A stretch of DNA of 64,000 nt, taken from the NCBI GenBank assembly GCA_976551045.1, contig CDPCPM010000107.1, forward strand, positions 4,898,001 through 4,962,000, written 5' to 3'. Positions 48,446-61,100 of the stretch are shown piece by piece; position 1 is the first letter of the stretch; each line of letters opens with the position of its first letter. The notes under the pieces are model-generated. The model was given only the letters and a program-made list of their open reading frames with translations. It was not told the DNA's origin and ran no database searches. The position numbers and the translations under genes were made by a program. Origin of the DNA: Glaucostegus cemiculus. Lineage: Eukaryota.

Positions 48446-48481
48446 AGTCAACGTTTCAAGTCAGGACTCTTCTTCAGGACT
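48446..48481 (-). ncRNA. Minimal type I hammerhead ribozyme motif within a Penelope remnant (48395-48510)
   Basis: AGTC-CTGAAGA-A-GAGTC-CT-GACTT-GAAA-CG-TT-GACT: intact core, 4-bp stem I, stem II, palindromic stem III. Confidence 0.65.
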
Positions 48482-48714
48482 CCAGCATCTGCAGTCCTTT
48501 GTTTCTCAAAGTTGCCCAAGTCATCTGGGACAGCTCCACACTGAAGAACCATCTATGCCTACAAAAAGCAATGACTCCATTTCAAAATTAATTGACAGTA
48601 AAGCATTTTTGGATAACCTGCCATACAAAATGATTCTAAATTCTAAGTTGATAAATTCTAAGTTTATATATGCTTCTAGAAATATGTATGTATTTGCTGC
48701 ATTTATTTTCCCAT

Positions 48715-48990
48715 AACATAGAAGGAGGCCATTCAGTCCATCTTGTCTATGCTGGGTCTCAGAGCAATCATATCAATCCCATTCCCCCACATTTTTCCTG
48801 CAACCCATTTTTTGTCCACACATCCATCAACTTCGTCCTGATTCTCCCCTCACCCTGGGTAACTTAAAGGAAACCGGAGGACCCGGGGAAAACCCACAGA
48901 GAGAATGTGTAAGTTCTACACAGAGAGGACCCAAAGTCAGGATCGAACATGGGTCTCCAGAGTTGTGAGGCACCATCATTACCTGCCATG
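48715..48990 (-). mobile_element. HE1-like V-SINE
   Basis: 'ggaaaccggaggacccggggaaaacccac' V-domain; B box 'ggatcgaac'. Confidence 0.75.
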
Positions 48991-49119
48991 CCTGTGTCAC
49001 CCAAAGTGGCACAATGCCTTCCATGATCTTTGGTGCTGCTAAGTACCCACAATGTAACACATTTGCAGAGAATTCATTGTTATAATGTAACTAAATGAGA
49101 GCCAGTTACTACACACTAA

Positions 49120-49430
49120 AATCTTGCATTTACATAGCTTTCTTCCATGACCTCGGGGCACCTCAAAGCATTTGGCAACCAAAGGCATAGTTTTGAAATG
49201 TCGTCATTCATGTGCTGTAAAAAATATGGCAAGCAATTTGTACAAAGCAAGTGTTTTCAAACAGTATACCCATGATGAACACATAAGTGCTTTTAGTGGT
49301 GTTGTTTGAGAACTAAATATTGGCCAAAGCATCAGAAAGATCTCTTCTGAAGTCTCAAGGACTTTTATATTCAACTGAGCTTTCTATGTCATCAGTTGGA
49401 AGACCTTTACTCCCTCAGTAATGCATTTGT
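49120..49430 (-). mobile_element. Deu-domain SINE-like fragment
   Basis: 'ttgcatttacatagc...gacctcggggcacctcaaagcatt...aaatattggcca...actccctcagta'. Confidence 0.5.
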
Positions 49431-50045
49431 ATGACTGGATTGGAGGGTATGAGCTATAAAGGAGAAGTTGGACAACCTTGGGTTGTTTTCTCTGGATGTC
49501 AGAGGCTGAGGGGAGACCTGATATTTATAAAATTATGAGAGGCGTAGGTAGGGTAGACAGAATCCTTCTCCCAGGGTAGACATGTCAGGCACTAGAAAAC
49601 ATATTTTTAAGGTAAGGGGGGAAAGTTTAAAAGAGATGTGCAGGACAAGTTTTTTTAAAATACAGGGTGCCTGGAACAGACTACCAGGGGTCATGATGGA
49701 AGCAGATATGACAGTGGTGTTTCAGGGACTTTTAGACAGACACACGGAGACATAGGGAATGGAGAGATATCATCCATGTGCAGGCAGAAGAGATTTAGTT
49801 TAATATGGTGACTCAAGAGATTCCAGCATCTGCAGAATCTTGAGCAACAGACACACAAAGTGCTGGAGGATTGCAGCAGATCAGGCAGCATCTATGAAGG
49901 GAAGTAAGCAGTCAACCTTTTGGGTCGAGGCCCTTCATCAGGTTCTGTTGCCTGACCTGCTGAGTTCTTCCAGCACTTTGTGTGCGTCGTTTAATAATGG
50001 CATTGTGTTTGATGCAGACATCATGTGCTATACTGTTCTATGTCA
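49430..50045 (+). mobile_element. CR1 3' fragment interrupted by a fold-back Penelope remnant (about 49810-49988)
   Basis: CR1 motif RLRGDL. Insert has inverted arms at 49851-49890 and 49947-49987. Confidence 0.75.
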
Positions 50046-50251
50046 GTTTCTGGAATGGGATTTCAATTTACCACCCTCGAAAGTACATGTAACCAAATAC
50101 ATGTACTGTCTGTGTTGCATTTCCTGTGTTTGTTTTATCAGCAAAGTTTATGTTTGAAATAAAATAAATGACTAGACTGGCAGTGAGAGGGGCCCTCCCG
50201 ATCAGATCCTTTTTTGCAAAGCCAGAGCCTCAATCCCACCACACACTGCCC

Positions 50252-50545
50252 TGGCAGGCACGGTAGTGTAGTGGTTAGTGTAATGCTCTACAACACCAGC
50301 GACCCGGGTTCAAATCTAGCCACTGTCTGTAAGGAGTTTTTAGGTTCTCCCCGAGTCTGTGTGAGTTTCCTCAGGGTGCTCCAGTTTCCTCCCACATTCC
50401 AAAGATGTACAGGTTAGAAGCTGTGGGCATGCTATGTTGGCACCGGAAGCATGGCGACACTTGCGGGCTGCTCCCAGAAGACTCTACGCAAAAAGATGTA
50501 TTTCACGGTGTGTTTTGATGTACATGTGACTAATAAAGATACCTT
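50252..50545 (+). mobile_element. V-SINE, Rex1-like-tail subfamily
   Basis: Head 'ggcaggcacggtagtgtagtggttag', V-domain, tail 'gtacatgtgactaataaagata'. Confidence 0.88.
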
Positions 50546-50549
50546 AAAT

Positions 50550-51070
50550 CAAGCTGAGACAATCGTCCACCTCCTTGTCGATTGTACATTTGCCAGGAAG
50601 GTCTTGGAAGGGACATAACGATCCTTGTTGAGGTTCACCACAAACAAACAGCTCCAGAACACAGGACACCATGATCTACGTACCCTTCCCAGTGATGCAT
50701 ATGAAGCAAATCATCAACTGCTGTTGGAGGATTGTCAACTTGGTGAAAGATGCACTGCCTGGAACTTGGACACATTCCAAGGTGCAGAAGCACATGCTCA
50801 GAATTGCACTGAAGCTCAGTGCAGCCAACACAAAGCCTCTGTGGGTAAGGACCACAGTCTAGGTTGTTGCCATCATTGGATATTGAGGGGCTGGACCCTG
50901 ATAACAGCCTCTTAAGGGCCTCAGGGAAATGATGTCTAAAGAGGAAACATGAGTAGAATTGAAGCATTGTAAGAGAAAGCATTGAATTGATGGTACAATG
51001 CATGTCGAGAAAGATGTGTGCCAATGCATTTACTGTGTACATTATGAATACAGTATATTTTTGGAATACA
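50550..51070 (+). mobile_element. Tx1-clade LINE ORF2 C-terminus and 3' UTR
   Basis: ETIVHLLVDCTFARKV (half of the zinc knuckle) and NCCWRIVNLVKDAL...LRIALKLSAANTKPLW. Confidence 0.75.
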
Positions 51071-51880
51071 ACAGTACAGGCAGGAGAAGTTCCTTCTGCA
51101 GGATCATTGATTACCTGTAGGAATAAAAGGAAAGTGAGGAGAATAATATCACTACATCCTAAAACCTTTATTTACTTTGTTGCTTCATACCAGTCACCCA
51201 TACAGTTAAGTCACTGTTTTCAATTCTGGTCACCTCTGAAAAAAAATCTCAAAGGCCTTGGTGAGAGCATGGAAGAAATTTACTAGAATTAAACTAGGAT
51301 GAAATATTTAAATTTTGTGAATAGATTAGAAACAGCAGGTCTTCACAGAGAGGCAGGGGGGGGAGAGGTTCAATACATTTGCTTAAAATGAACGCTTTTG
51401 ATGGATTCAATGAGGAGAACTTCTTGCCACTGGTGGGAGGGTTGGTAATCAGAAGACACAGATTTACGATAATGGTCTAAAGTGACATGAGAAGATTTTT
51501 TCGTGGCGGATCAAGAAATAGGGTCACCACCGCTTTCTCATGCAGCATTAGGGATGAGCAATAAATGCTGGCCTTAACAAAAATGATCACAAACAAAATT
51601 AAATAAAAAGGAATGTTATGATCAGGAGAGCACTGCCTGAAAGGATGGTGGAAGCAGGTTCCACTAGTCAGTGGATTAAGTTCAGTGAGCGTATTGTCCT
51701 TCTAAAAGAACCACTAAGAAGTGAAATTCAGAAGTTCCCTGATTTGAAACCTAATTAACAGAGATTAAGTTAATGTAGACAAGGTGGAAGAGTGAATTAA
51801 ACAGATGTCCCATTCTTGGTTCAGCAGTCTAGGTTAAAAGGCATTGGGTGTTGTGCCAAAGCAGAATGGGTACAGGTGGC

Positions 51881-52279
51881 TATCACAATGTTGATTGAAG
51901 AGCAAGCTCAGAGAACCCAAATGTGGCACACTGGTACAAGACTGGAGTCAGGATACTTCCTCAGGACCAAACACAGGCAGCAACTGGAAGGAAATCTTGC
52001 CTCGGAGATCTGAGTAGTAATCCCAACACAAAATGAATCTTCAAGCAGGAATAGAGAACTAGGACTGCTCTGGAGTAAACTTCAACCAGGAGCCAAAGTA
52101 TACATGAAGGTTGACCAATCCTCTGGCAACTAGTGCTAGAGAAACCCAGGTACTTATGCTAGGCCCCTGATGGGGCTCAGGTGTGTGTCATTATGCAATC
52201 AGTCCAGCATGGAATCCATGTGCTGTACAACAAGGCATCTAAGGAACCAAATCAAGGGCCAGTACTCAGAATCATGACA
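51881..52279 (-). mobile_element. Solo LTR, copy A
   Basis: Minus strand begins TGTCATGA and ends TGTGATA. 5-bp TSD gtggc at 51876-51880 and 52280-52284. Homologous to 56256-56647. Confidence 0.85.
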
Positions 52280-52609
52280 GTGGCTGATGTCTTTCATGAC
52301 TGAATAGCCAGCTGTCAATACTGGGTTGGAGGCATGGCTGTTTCAGTGAGATGTCAAAGGAGGTAACCAGCTTCAGGAAAGAAAGAAAGCTAAGTGAAAA
52401 AATAAAGCAACAGGAGCTAGCATTTATAAAATAGTACCTTTAATGTTTCAAAGCACCATGAAAGAGCATTTATAAATAAGATTTCTCAGGAGCCAGAAAA
52501 TGGACATTATGCCAGATGACCAATAGGTGGGTCCAAAAGATGGGTTTGAAAGATGATATATAAAAGTTTTAAAAGAGGATATATGAAAGGCTTCATACAT
52601 TCTTACACA

Positions 52610-52950
52610 GAGGCAACACAGTGGTGCAGCTAGTAGAGCTGCTGCCTCACAGCTTCAGTGACCTGGGTTCAATCCTGACCTTTGGTGTTGTCAGTATGGA
52701 GTTTGCAAGTTCTCCCTCTGACGTTGTGGGTTTCCTCTAGCTGCTCCAATTTCCTCCCATATCTCAGAGACATGCAAATTGGCAGGTTAATTGGCCACTG
52801 TAAATTGCCCCCAGTGTGGAGACGAGTGATAGAATCTGGGGGTAGTTGATGGGAATGTCGGGAGAACAAAATGGGATGAGAGTTAATGGGTGCTTGTTGG
52901 TCAGTATGGATTCCACCTGCTTCCATGCTGTATGACTCTGTAACTCTATA
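52610..52950 (+). mobile_element. HE1-like V-SINE
   Basis: B box ggttcaatcc, V-domain, CR1-type tail 'catgctgtatgactct'. Confidence 0.85.
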
Positions 52951-54308
52951 ACATAGACTTCATTAATGCCAGATTGGGGAAATGAGTCCAGCATTCAAAA
53001 ACTACCTCAGCGACCTTGATGTCGAAGTTTGATTCAGTTTATCATTCAGGGTACCTCCTATGCTGGATGTTATCGATTCCTGCTCTTTTTCTGATACAGC
53101 AGGCCACTGAGATTTTAGACATTGTTCAAGTGGGCTGAGATACACTGTGAAAGACTAGATCCCAGTGTTAGCCACCAGATCTGCACCCTCGGTCAGACTG
53201 CAAACTTTAGCATGTGGACGTGGATCTTTCCCATATTTGCAGTCGGCTTTATCAGAGCATGATTAGTTTCCCAGAACAAATTTGAGCAAAAGGAAACATT
53301 ACCTCCACAAACCAAACAAAGGCAGTTTTGAAATTTGTCTATTTACATGTGCGTCAGATGTTTTGCTAAGGCTTTTGAAAAGTGATGATAATTGAATGGT
53401 GCCAGTTTGTTCGTGGGAGCCTGAAGAGTTGTAAAGGTTTTATAAACAACTGTGCTAGCATCACCCTCAGCATTTCCAACAATGTTTGTTAATCTCGCTG
53501 AACAAGTGTGCACCACTCACAGTGTAAATACACTGGAGTTTGAGGAAGTCAATAGTGTAACTTTGCTGTTTGCAAAATACCTCCTTATTATAATCAGGAA
53601 GTTTACTGAGAGCCCAACAGTCAAATATAATAAACTCTAAAGCAAGCGCATATATAAAAACAGAAAAGCATCCCTGTTTGACATTTTTCCTTCTGATTGT
53701 GTTTGCAAAAGGATCTGGAAAAATGGAGAATGGTGGATGCTACCTTGCAGGTTTTTAATCACTCTTTTGTGATAGCTTACACCATCTGTAATAATAGAAG
53801 CAAAAAAAATGACCATTTTTTTCTCCTGTGCTATAGTTTCTATTGGCAAAGGTTTTCTATACTTTGCTTGCACTGTTTATGAATAGCTCAACAAAGGAGC
53901 TTCCTTTATCAAGAGCCTTGATTGCAAAAAGTACATACTGGGAAAACCTGGACAGGATTAAGATGGTTAACCAGTGAAAAGGGATGATTGAAACTGGAGA
54001 GACAATTGTCAAGAAGCACCATTAGAGTGATTACTTTTGCACATACTAGACCTAGCTGCCTCATTTCTTACATTAAAACAGTGACTATACTACAGACATA
54101 CTTAATCAGTTATGAAACATTATATAATCAAGTCTTTTCTTAGTTTTCACACAGAAGCATCAACCTTGGACATCATATCTGTGACACCTCAATGTCCAGT
54201 GATGTTCAGCAAGGCTTTCGATCAGAAACACATGTGAAAAATCAATCTCAATGGATCTGCTTCTACAACAGTATTTATTCATACAGTGAGACTGCTGCGG
54301 GAAAGAAA

Positions 54309-54810
54309 CAATAGACAATAGACAATAGACAGTAGGTGCAGAAGTAGACCATTCGGCCCTTCGAGTCTGCACTGCCATTTTGAGATCATGGCTGATCATC
54401 AACAATCAATATCCTGTTCCTGCTTTGTCCCCATATCCCTTGATTCCCTCATCCACAAGAAACCTATCTTGCTCCTTCTTGAAAGTGTCCAGAGAATTGG
54501 CCTCCACTGCCTTCCGAGGCAGCACATTCCACAAATTCACAACCCTCTGGGAGAAGAAGTTTTTCCTCACCTCTGTTCTAAATGGCCTACCCCTTATTCT
54601 TAAATCATGCCCTCTGGTCCTGGACTTCCCCAACATCTGGAACATATTTCCTGTCTCCATCTTGTCCAATCCCTTAATAATCTTGTATGTTTCAATCAGA
54701 TCCCCTCTCAATCTTCTCAGTTCCAGCGTGTACAATCCCAGTCTCTCCAACCTCTCAGCATAAGACAGTCCCAACATCCCCGGAATTAACCTCGTAAACC
54801 TATGCTGCAA
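54309..54810 (-). mobile_element. CR1 3' fragment
   Basis: ORF 54406-54810: RFTRLIPG...LRGDLIETYK...FFSQRVVNLW; (caataga)3 terminus. Confidence 0.92.
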
Positions 54811-55889
54811 TTGGTTTGAAATGGCTAAGTCTGGATTGGATCAGCATCCTTTAATTATTTCCTATTTGAAAATGTAATAAAGTTGTTGTTTAATTGTGAT
54901 GAGGTTAAATTTAAGTTTATTGTCATGGGCATGTGCACATAAGATATAAATACCATGAAAGTAAGCTTTTTGCATCAGCAGTACAGTACATTACAAACGT
55001 AAGTTAACATAGACTAAAATTGACATAAGTTAAATTAATTTACTAAATTAAAACCTCAGTATATGAGGTACATTTGACCTATGTCTATAGAATTAAAAGA
55101 CAGTATCAACTTTGTTGTGATGTATTCATGATTTCCTTTCTATTGACTTCAGGTGGGGGTATAATGTGTATCCGAATCAATTTTGCTCATTTGCACTTTT
55201 GCCCAAAGTCATAATCTAGTTAAATAGCTAAAGTTGTAGTACTTCATATAGGTATTCACCTCAAAAGGTTTGACCTGTATGAAAAATGAGGTAGCTTCAT
55301 TGAATAAATGAGAGCAGCTCAGACTCTGTTACCAGCACCAGATTCATAGAGACTGGAAAGAGTAGTTTTCCCAAAGCCTCTGCTAGTTGCTGTTGTAACT
55401 TGGATAGAAAGCTCATTTGTACATCAAAATGCTCACTGCTCTTCCTTCAACAAATCAATGGAAAACGCTACCAAATTTTGTCTCTTTTTTAAACAAGGAA
55501 ACCAAGGTAAATTACTCCCAACTCTACATCAGCAGATAGGATATAATTCACCATAGTCAAGGTTATACTGGAGAAGTTCCCATTTTATCTGACCCTGATT
55601 CGCTGATTTAAGAAGTGAAATCTGTTTTGGATGTTTGAGCAGATTTATTTGCAAATAAATGTGCGTGACCTACAAATGCTATTTTTTTCTTAAATTGACA
55701 AGCACCTGGCAGTCTGAGCATTGTTTGTTTGATTTTTTTATATGTATATATTGGTAAAGATGAGAATGCAAGATGGTTACTCAGATGATGTCATTTCCTT
55801 CTACACACAATCTCTTTTCCTCTCGTTACGAATTATGTTGGCAAAGATTCATGGTGCTTGGCTGAATTCTTGTCACCAACTATCTTGCA

Positions 55890-56210
55890 AAGATTCAAGG
55901 TGCTTCACTGGAGCATTATCGGACAAACATCTGACTCCGAGACATTTAAAGAGGTGCTTGATGACCAAAAGCTTTGTCAAGGAGGTTTGAAGGAGAATAG
56001 AGAGGCAGAGTGAGTTTGAGAAGGATTTTCAGAACCTATTGCTAAGGCAGAACCATCAGTGATTCAGTGAAGCAAATGGGGAGATACACAAGAAGGCATA
56101 AATGGAGGAGCACTGAGTCCTTGTAAAGCCATCAAAATGGAGGTAATAGACATTGAAAAGTGCAAGGCCATGGACAAATTTGAACACCAGACAAAGGTTT
56201 CAAAATCAAA
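55890..56210 (-). mobile_element. Degenerate L2-like fragment
   Basis: Purine-rich L2-antisense-like blocks; no ORF. Confidence 0.4.
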
Positions 56211-56255
56211 TCATTTTACATAATTTCTCTTGGATTCTTCATTATATTCAGTTGT

Positions 56256-56647
56256 TGTCATGAGTACTGGCCCTTGATTTGACTCCTTAGATGCCTTGTT
56301 GTACAGCACATGGATTCCATGCTGGACTGATTGCATAATGACACACACCTGAGCCCCATCAGGGGCCTAGCATAAGTACCTGGGTTTCTCTAGCACTAGT
56401 TGCCAGAGGATTGGTCAACCTTGAAGATTCAGTTTGGTTCCTAGCTGCTTAATGTGGTCTACTCCAGAGCAGTCCTCTGTTCTCTAGTCTTGCTTGAAGA
56501 TTCAATTTGTGTTGGGATCTCTGAGGCAAGATTTTCTTCCAGTTGCTGCCTGTGTTTGGTCCTGAGGAAATATCCTGACTCCAGGCTTGTACCAGTGTGC
56601 TGCATTTGGGTTCTCTGTGAGCTTGCTCTTCAATCAACATTGTGACA
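56256..56647 (+). mobile_element. Solo LTR, copy B
   Basis: TGTCA...TGACA termini; 5-bp TSD gttgt at 56251-56255 and 56648-56652. Confidence 0.88.
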
Positions 56648-56764
56648 GTTGTGGATAACTGGGACCAAGGCATTTCCACCCCAGCACCCCCATTATCTAT
56701 TAAGCTTGGTATTTTATTGATCAGCATATCTAACATGTATTTAACACTTCTGTGTGAAGGAATC

Positions 56765-56925
56765 ATCAGATCATAGCACAGAAACAGGCCCTTTGGCCTA
56801 CTAAGTCCACATGCCACATTAAGCCCTGATTTATACAAATCCCATATTATTCATCTACTTTCCCATCAACTTTATCATTCCCCTATACTTGGGGCAATTT
56901 ACAATGGCCAATTAACCTACCAATT
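56765..56925 (-). mobile_element. HE1-like V-SINE 3' part
   Basis: 'acagaaacaggccctttggcc...ggggcaatttacaatggccaattaacctacc'. Confidence 0.7.
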
Positions 56926-57129
56926 ACAAGCTGCTCCACTGATAGCAAACAATATGAACCTAACCATTTCTTCTTGTAACTTTCATAAGAGTTCCCTCTT
57001 CCCACAACCACATTCTCCCAACCATCATCTGAAGAACAGAGGGACTGGAAGAATCCTCCTTTTGTATTTATATCCAGCTATTCTTCTTGCCCTCCCAGAG
57101 TACACTGACAGAAATTCCCTCTGTACACA

Positions 57130-57370
57130 TTTAAGATAAGATCACAAGATAATGGAGCAGAAGCAGGCCAGTCGGCCCATTGAGTCTGCTCCAAAGGGAA
57201 GGGAGGGTGGGGAAAAAAAGAGGATAAGAGAAAAAATAAAAATAAAAACCTATTCTAAGTCCAAATCCCTGCCTTATCTCCATATCCCTTGATACCTTGA
57301 CCAATTAGATATCTATCTATTTCCTTCTTGAATATCCCCAATGATCTGGCTTCCACTGCTTTCTGTGGTG
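57130..57370 (-). mobile_element. CR1 3' end, related to the 19880 copy
   Basis: 'atcacaagataatggagcagaagcaggcc...gagtctgctcca' matches 19885-19940. Confidence 0.8.
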
Positions 57371-57374
57371 ATCA

Positions 57375-57665
57375 GATTTCTTTATTAGTCACATGTACAT
57401 CGAAACACATAGTGAAATGCATTTTGCTTAGAGTGTTCTGGGGGGGCAGCCTGTAAGTGTCGTCATGCTTCTGGCACCAACATAGCATGCCCACAATTTC
57501 CTAATCCGTACTTCTTTGGAATGTTAGAGGAAACTGGAGCACCTGGAGGAAACCCACACAGTCACGGGGAGAATGTACAATCTCCTTCCAGACAGCGACT
57601 GGAATTGAACCCAGGTTGTTGGCACTGCAAATAGCGTTTAGCTAGCCGCTACACTACTGTACCTA
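57375..57665 (-). mobile_element. V-SINE, Rex1-like-tail subfamily
   Basis: Same structure as 9785-10060. Confidence 0.88.
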
Positions 57666-58389
57666 CCTTTGAAGTGTATTCAGCAATGTTTCACTTGCTT
57701 AAATCTCATAACATTAGCATTTGAGTATTACTATTACTGTGCTTACCCCGAGAAAGGGACTGGATTGGGGTCATTATTGATGGAGCAAATTTTCTTTGTC
57801 ATTAATGCTGCCTGTTCCTACTGTATATTTTGCCCACAGCTTGACATTTACTTCAAATTCTTTATGAAGTATAACGTTTTGAAATCTTATTTCCCTATGG
57901 ATTATATTCTCTCTTCAACAATAATTATCCATAGTCAGGCATTTGGGGAAGAATGAGGGTTTATTAAACTCCCATCTTCCCTTAACCTTAAGAGTTCAGT
58001 AGGCTTCATCCTCTTATCTGTCAGAATGTCTTCAGATTACCATAAAGTCAGTAACCTTATCAATGTTTACACCACTTGATATTAGAATAAATAAGCCTGT
58101 GTTATGTTAGTCACCAAGGAAAATTTTTAACTTTTACCAGTAACATATAAATGGACAGCTCTTTTCATTTTCATTAATGTTAAATTGGTTAGATTGCTCA
58201 TTACACAACTCTTTCCACTTTAAACAAAGCAAAATGATTCCAAAATGTCTAGTAGCCAAAAGCAACCTTGTAATGAATTAAGGTGAGAAGCCTGTTAAAT
58301 AGCAATGATTCAGCCAGATTCCTGAGGGTTGCCCCACATTCCTCTGCATAGGTTAAAGAAAGAAAGAGAAGCTCCTGGGCACCAAATTT

Positions 58390-58630
58390 TAAAAGAAATC
58401 CTAATTCAAATGGAGTGCTATGACCTGGAAGTTCCCTTCTGAAAATCCACACCATCCTGAGTTGGATATGTATTACAATTGCTTCATCTTCTCTGGATCT
58501 AAATCCAGGATATTCCCACTGAATACCATTGCGGGAGTCCATGCGTCAGCAGTTCACCACTACAGTGTCAGAGGCATTTTTGGATGGCAATAAACACTGA
58601 CTATATTGCACCCTGTAAATGAATAATAAA
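58390..58630 (+). mobile_element. CR1/L2-group LINE 3' end
   Basis: Similar to the reverse complement of 29420-29520; tail 'ggatggcaataaacactg...aatgaataataaa'. Confidence 0.5.
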
Positions 58631-58739
58631 GAAGTGTAGGGCTCTAAAATAAGCCCAACATTTACTTCAAGTGGGCTCTGACACCACATAATACTTACTG
58701 TTACTCATATGATGAAAACCACTTTTTTGTGTGAAATGT

Positions 58740-59060
58740 AAAAGAATCATTGGGTTAAAGCACAGATACAGGTCCTTTGGCCCAATGAGTCCACACTAGA
58801 CATTGAGCACCCATTTATTTAAATCCCATGATTATTTTCCCACTTTCCCCATCATTTCTCCCACTTACTACACTAGGGGCAATTTACAATGGCCAGTTAA
58901 CCAACTGACTCACGTACCGTTGGGAGGTGAAAAGAAACCAGAGCACCCAGAGGAAACCCATGTGGTCTCAGGGAGAATGTAGAAACTCCACACTGGTAAA
59001 CAGGATCAACTCTGGGCCACTGAAGCTGTGAGGCAACAGGTCTACAAGCTGCACCACTGA
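58740..59060 (-). mobile_element. HE1-like V-SINE
   Basis: V-domain 'gaaaccagagcacccagaggaaaccca'; CR1-type tail. Confidence 0.8.
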
Positions 59061-60189
59061 GCTTGATGTTGAATTGACCCTTTAAAAATCCACAGGACTG
59101 ACCTAATTCTGAATTTTAAGGAGTGCAGATTCCACGCCCCTAAAGCGAATATAGCCATCAACAGGCAGTTAATCACTGAATTAAGGACATTTCCACTCTG
59201 TCGAAGTGGATGTCCCTGAAATATAAAGAACGAGTAGTCATGACAGCTTAAGGAGAGCGGAAAAGTAGGAAACTGCAACAAAACACTGTGTTATATTGGG
59301 TCATTTTAAGCCAAAGATATTGATTTATTTCATACTTCAGGACTGTAATGGGGTGTGATTCAGTAAGGTGGGCATTTTTTTTTTGCAGATCATTTACTCT
59401 GTGGGTGAGTGACAGTTATAGAGCAAAATCCAGTATCGATCACTACAGATGAGATGAAATAGCCATGACATTTTGAAGAGAAATTTGTGAACCACAAATA
59501 TGAGAGTGATGGATGCAGCATGACAGCACATAAATCAATACAAAATACCTAGATTCCTTAATGCCATGAGCCTCTTGGTGGATCTTTGAATTACCAGGAT
59601 CTATGCGGAGGTTCACCACTCTTGGATTTGACAGTGCTTTTGTATTGACTGAATCATCAAGAGACACTGCAGCAATAACAATCAGAATGCCAATTCAGAA
59701 ACTCCTCACTGAAACTAAATTCCATTCCTTAAAGGAGCTCAAAAATTGAAGAGCTTCCTTAAACCCTGAGTGGATACTGTAAAGGGCAAAGGCTGCCTAG
59801 GTATGATGGGCTTTAAGTGCAATTGCTGAGTTTGAAACCAATCATTTTACTTATTGAAATACTCAGTTGTCTTATTTTCCAACTCACGATCCAAAAATAT
59901 TCCTTGATTGAACATATGTTGCTGTTAGTTTATCAAACTTCTGCTTCTAAGAGCAAGGTGATAAGTAAATCCTTTGCATAGATGTTAAATGTTCGAAGCT
60001 TTGCTGCATTCTTTCATATATACATTCTCCAGAAAGTGGTGTATATCTCCCCTATATCCAAAAATGTTGTATGTTACCAGATTCTATATCAAATGCACTT
60101 TTGAGTCCCATGCCTAAAAATCTACCGTATGTTCTGAGGGTTCAATAAATGATGATATAACTATTTGGAAAAAAGAAATTGCTACCTTG

Positions 60190-60335
60190 TTATTCTGGGT
60201 TTTTTTGTGGCAGTATTTATTTATTTTTGTAATTTATAGTAATTTTACATCTTTGCAAAGTACTGCTGCTGCAAAACAACAAATTTCACAACATATGAGT
60301 CTGTGATAATAAATCTGATTCTGATTCTGATTCAC
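60190..60335 (+). mobile_element. Rex1-type 3' tail ending (ttctga)n
   Basis: Matches 47640-47750. Confidence 0.7.
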
Positions 60336-60459
60336 TAATATCATATCTTTGGCATTTTATTAAATGCTGCAATATCAAAAACATGGAAGCCAATTTTGTC
60401 ACATGTCCCACAAACTGAAATATGATAATAGAGCTAACCTGTTATTCAGACTAACAGTA

Positions 60460-61100
60460 TAAATGAAATAAAAACAGCAAGACAGGTATCATCCATGGAG
60501 AAAGAAACAGAGGTAATGTTTCAGGTCGATGACTTTTCCTTCGAACTAGCAAAAGTTAAGAATCAGAATTGCAGAAGAGGGAAGGGAAAACAAAGGGAAT
60601 ATCTGTGATTGGATGGAATCAAGATAGATGGGATGGTGCAAAAGATAGTGGTGCCAACTAAGGGCGGGTGGTGAAGACTTGTCAATTGCAGCTGATGTGA
60701 CTGGAGGAGGTGTATACAGAGGGGGAAAGTTCTGCAGATGCTGAAAATCTGAAATAAAATCAGAAAATGCTGGAAATACTCAATAAGTCAGACAGCATCT
60801 ATGGGAAAATAGAAACAGAGTTAATTTTTCAGAAACATTGACTGTTTATCTTTCCACAGAAGCTGCCTGACCTGTTAAGTATGTTCAGCATTTTCTCTTT
60901 TTATTATAAATAGATGAGATCAATGGGGACAAATTGGACAAAATAAAATAAAAGAGCTGGACCTGTGGGGCACAAAACACTGCAGTCACCGGAAATCTGA
61001 AAAACAAGAATCATTGAACCGGTCAGGAGACATCTGTGGAGTGAGAAAACATGGCAAGTTGATAGCTTTCACCAGTGTTGACCAGTTCTGATGCAAATAG
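60460..61100. mobile_element. Cluster of Penelope pLTR fragments including a fold-back (60730-60905)
   Basis: 'aaaatgctggaaatactcaataagtcagacagc' inverted against 'gctgcctgacctgttaagtatgttcagcatttt'. Confidence 0.65.

Noticed and set aside
51881-56647. Single DNA transposon with 390-bp terminal inverted repeats, or a full LTR retrotransposon
   Set aside because: Each repeat has its own 5-bp TSD, the orientation is inverted, and the interior has no transposase or gag/pol.
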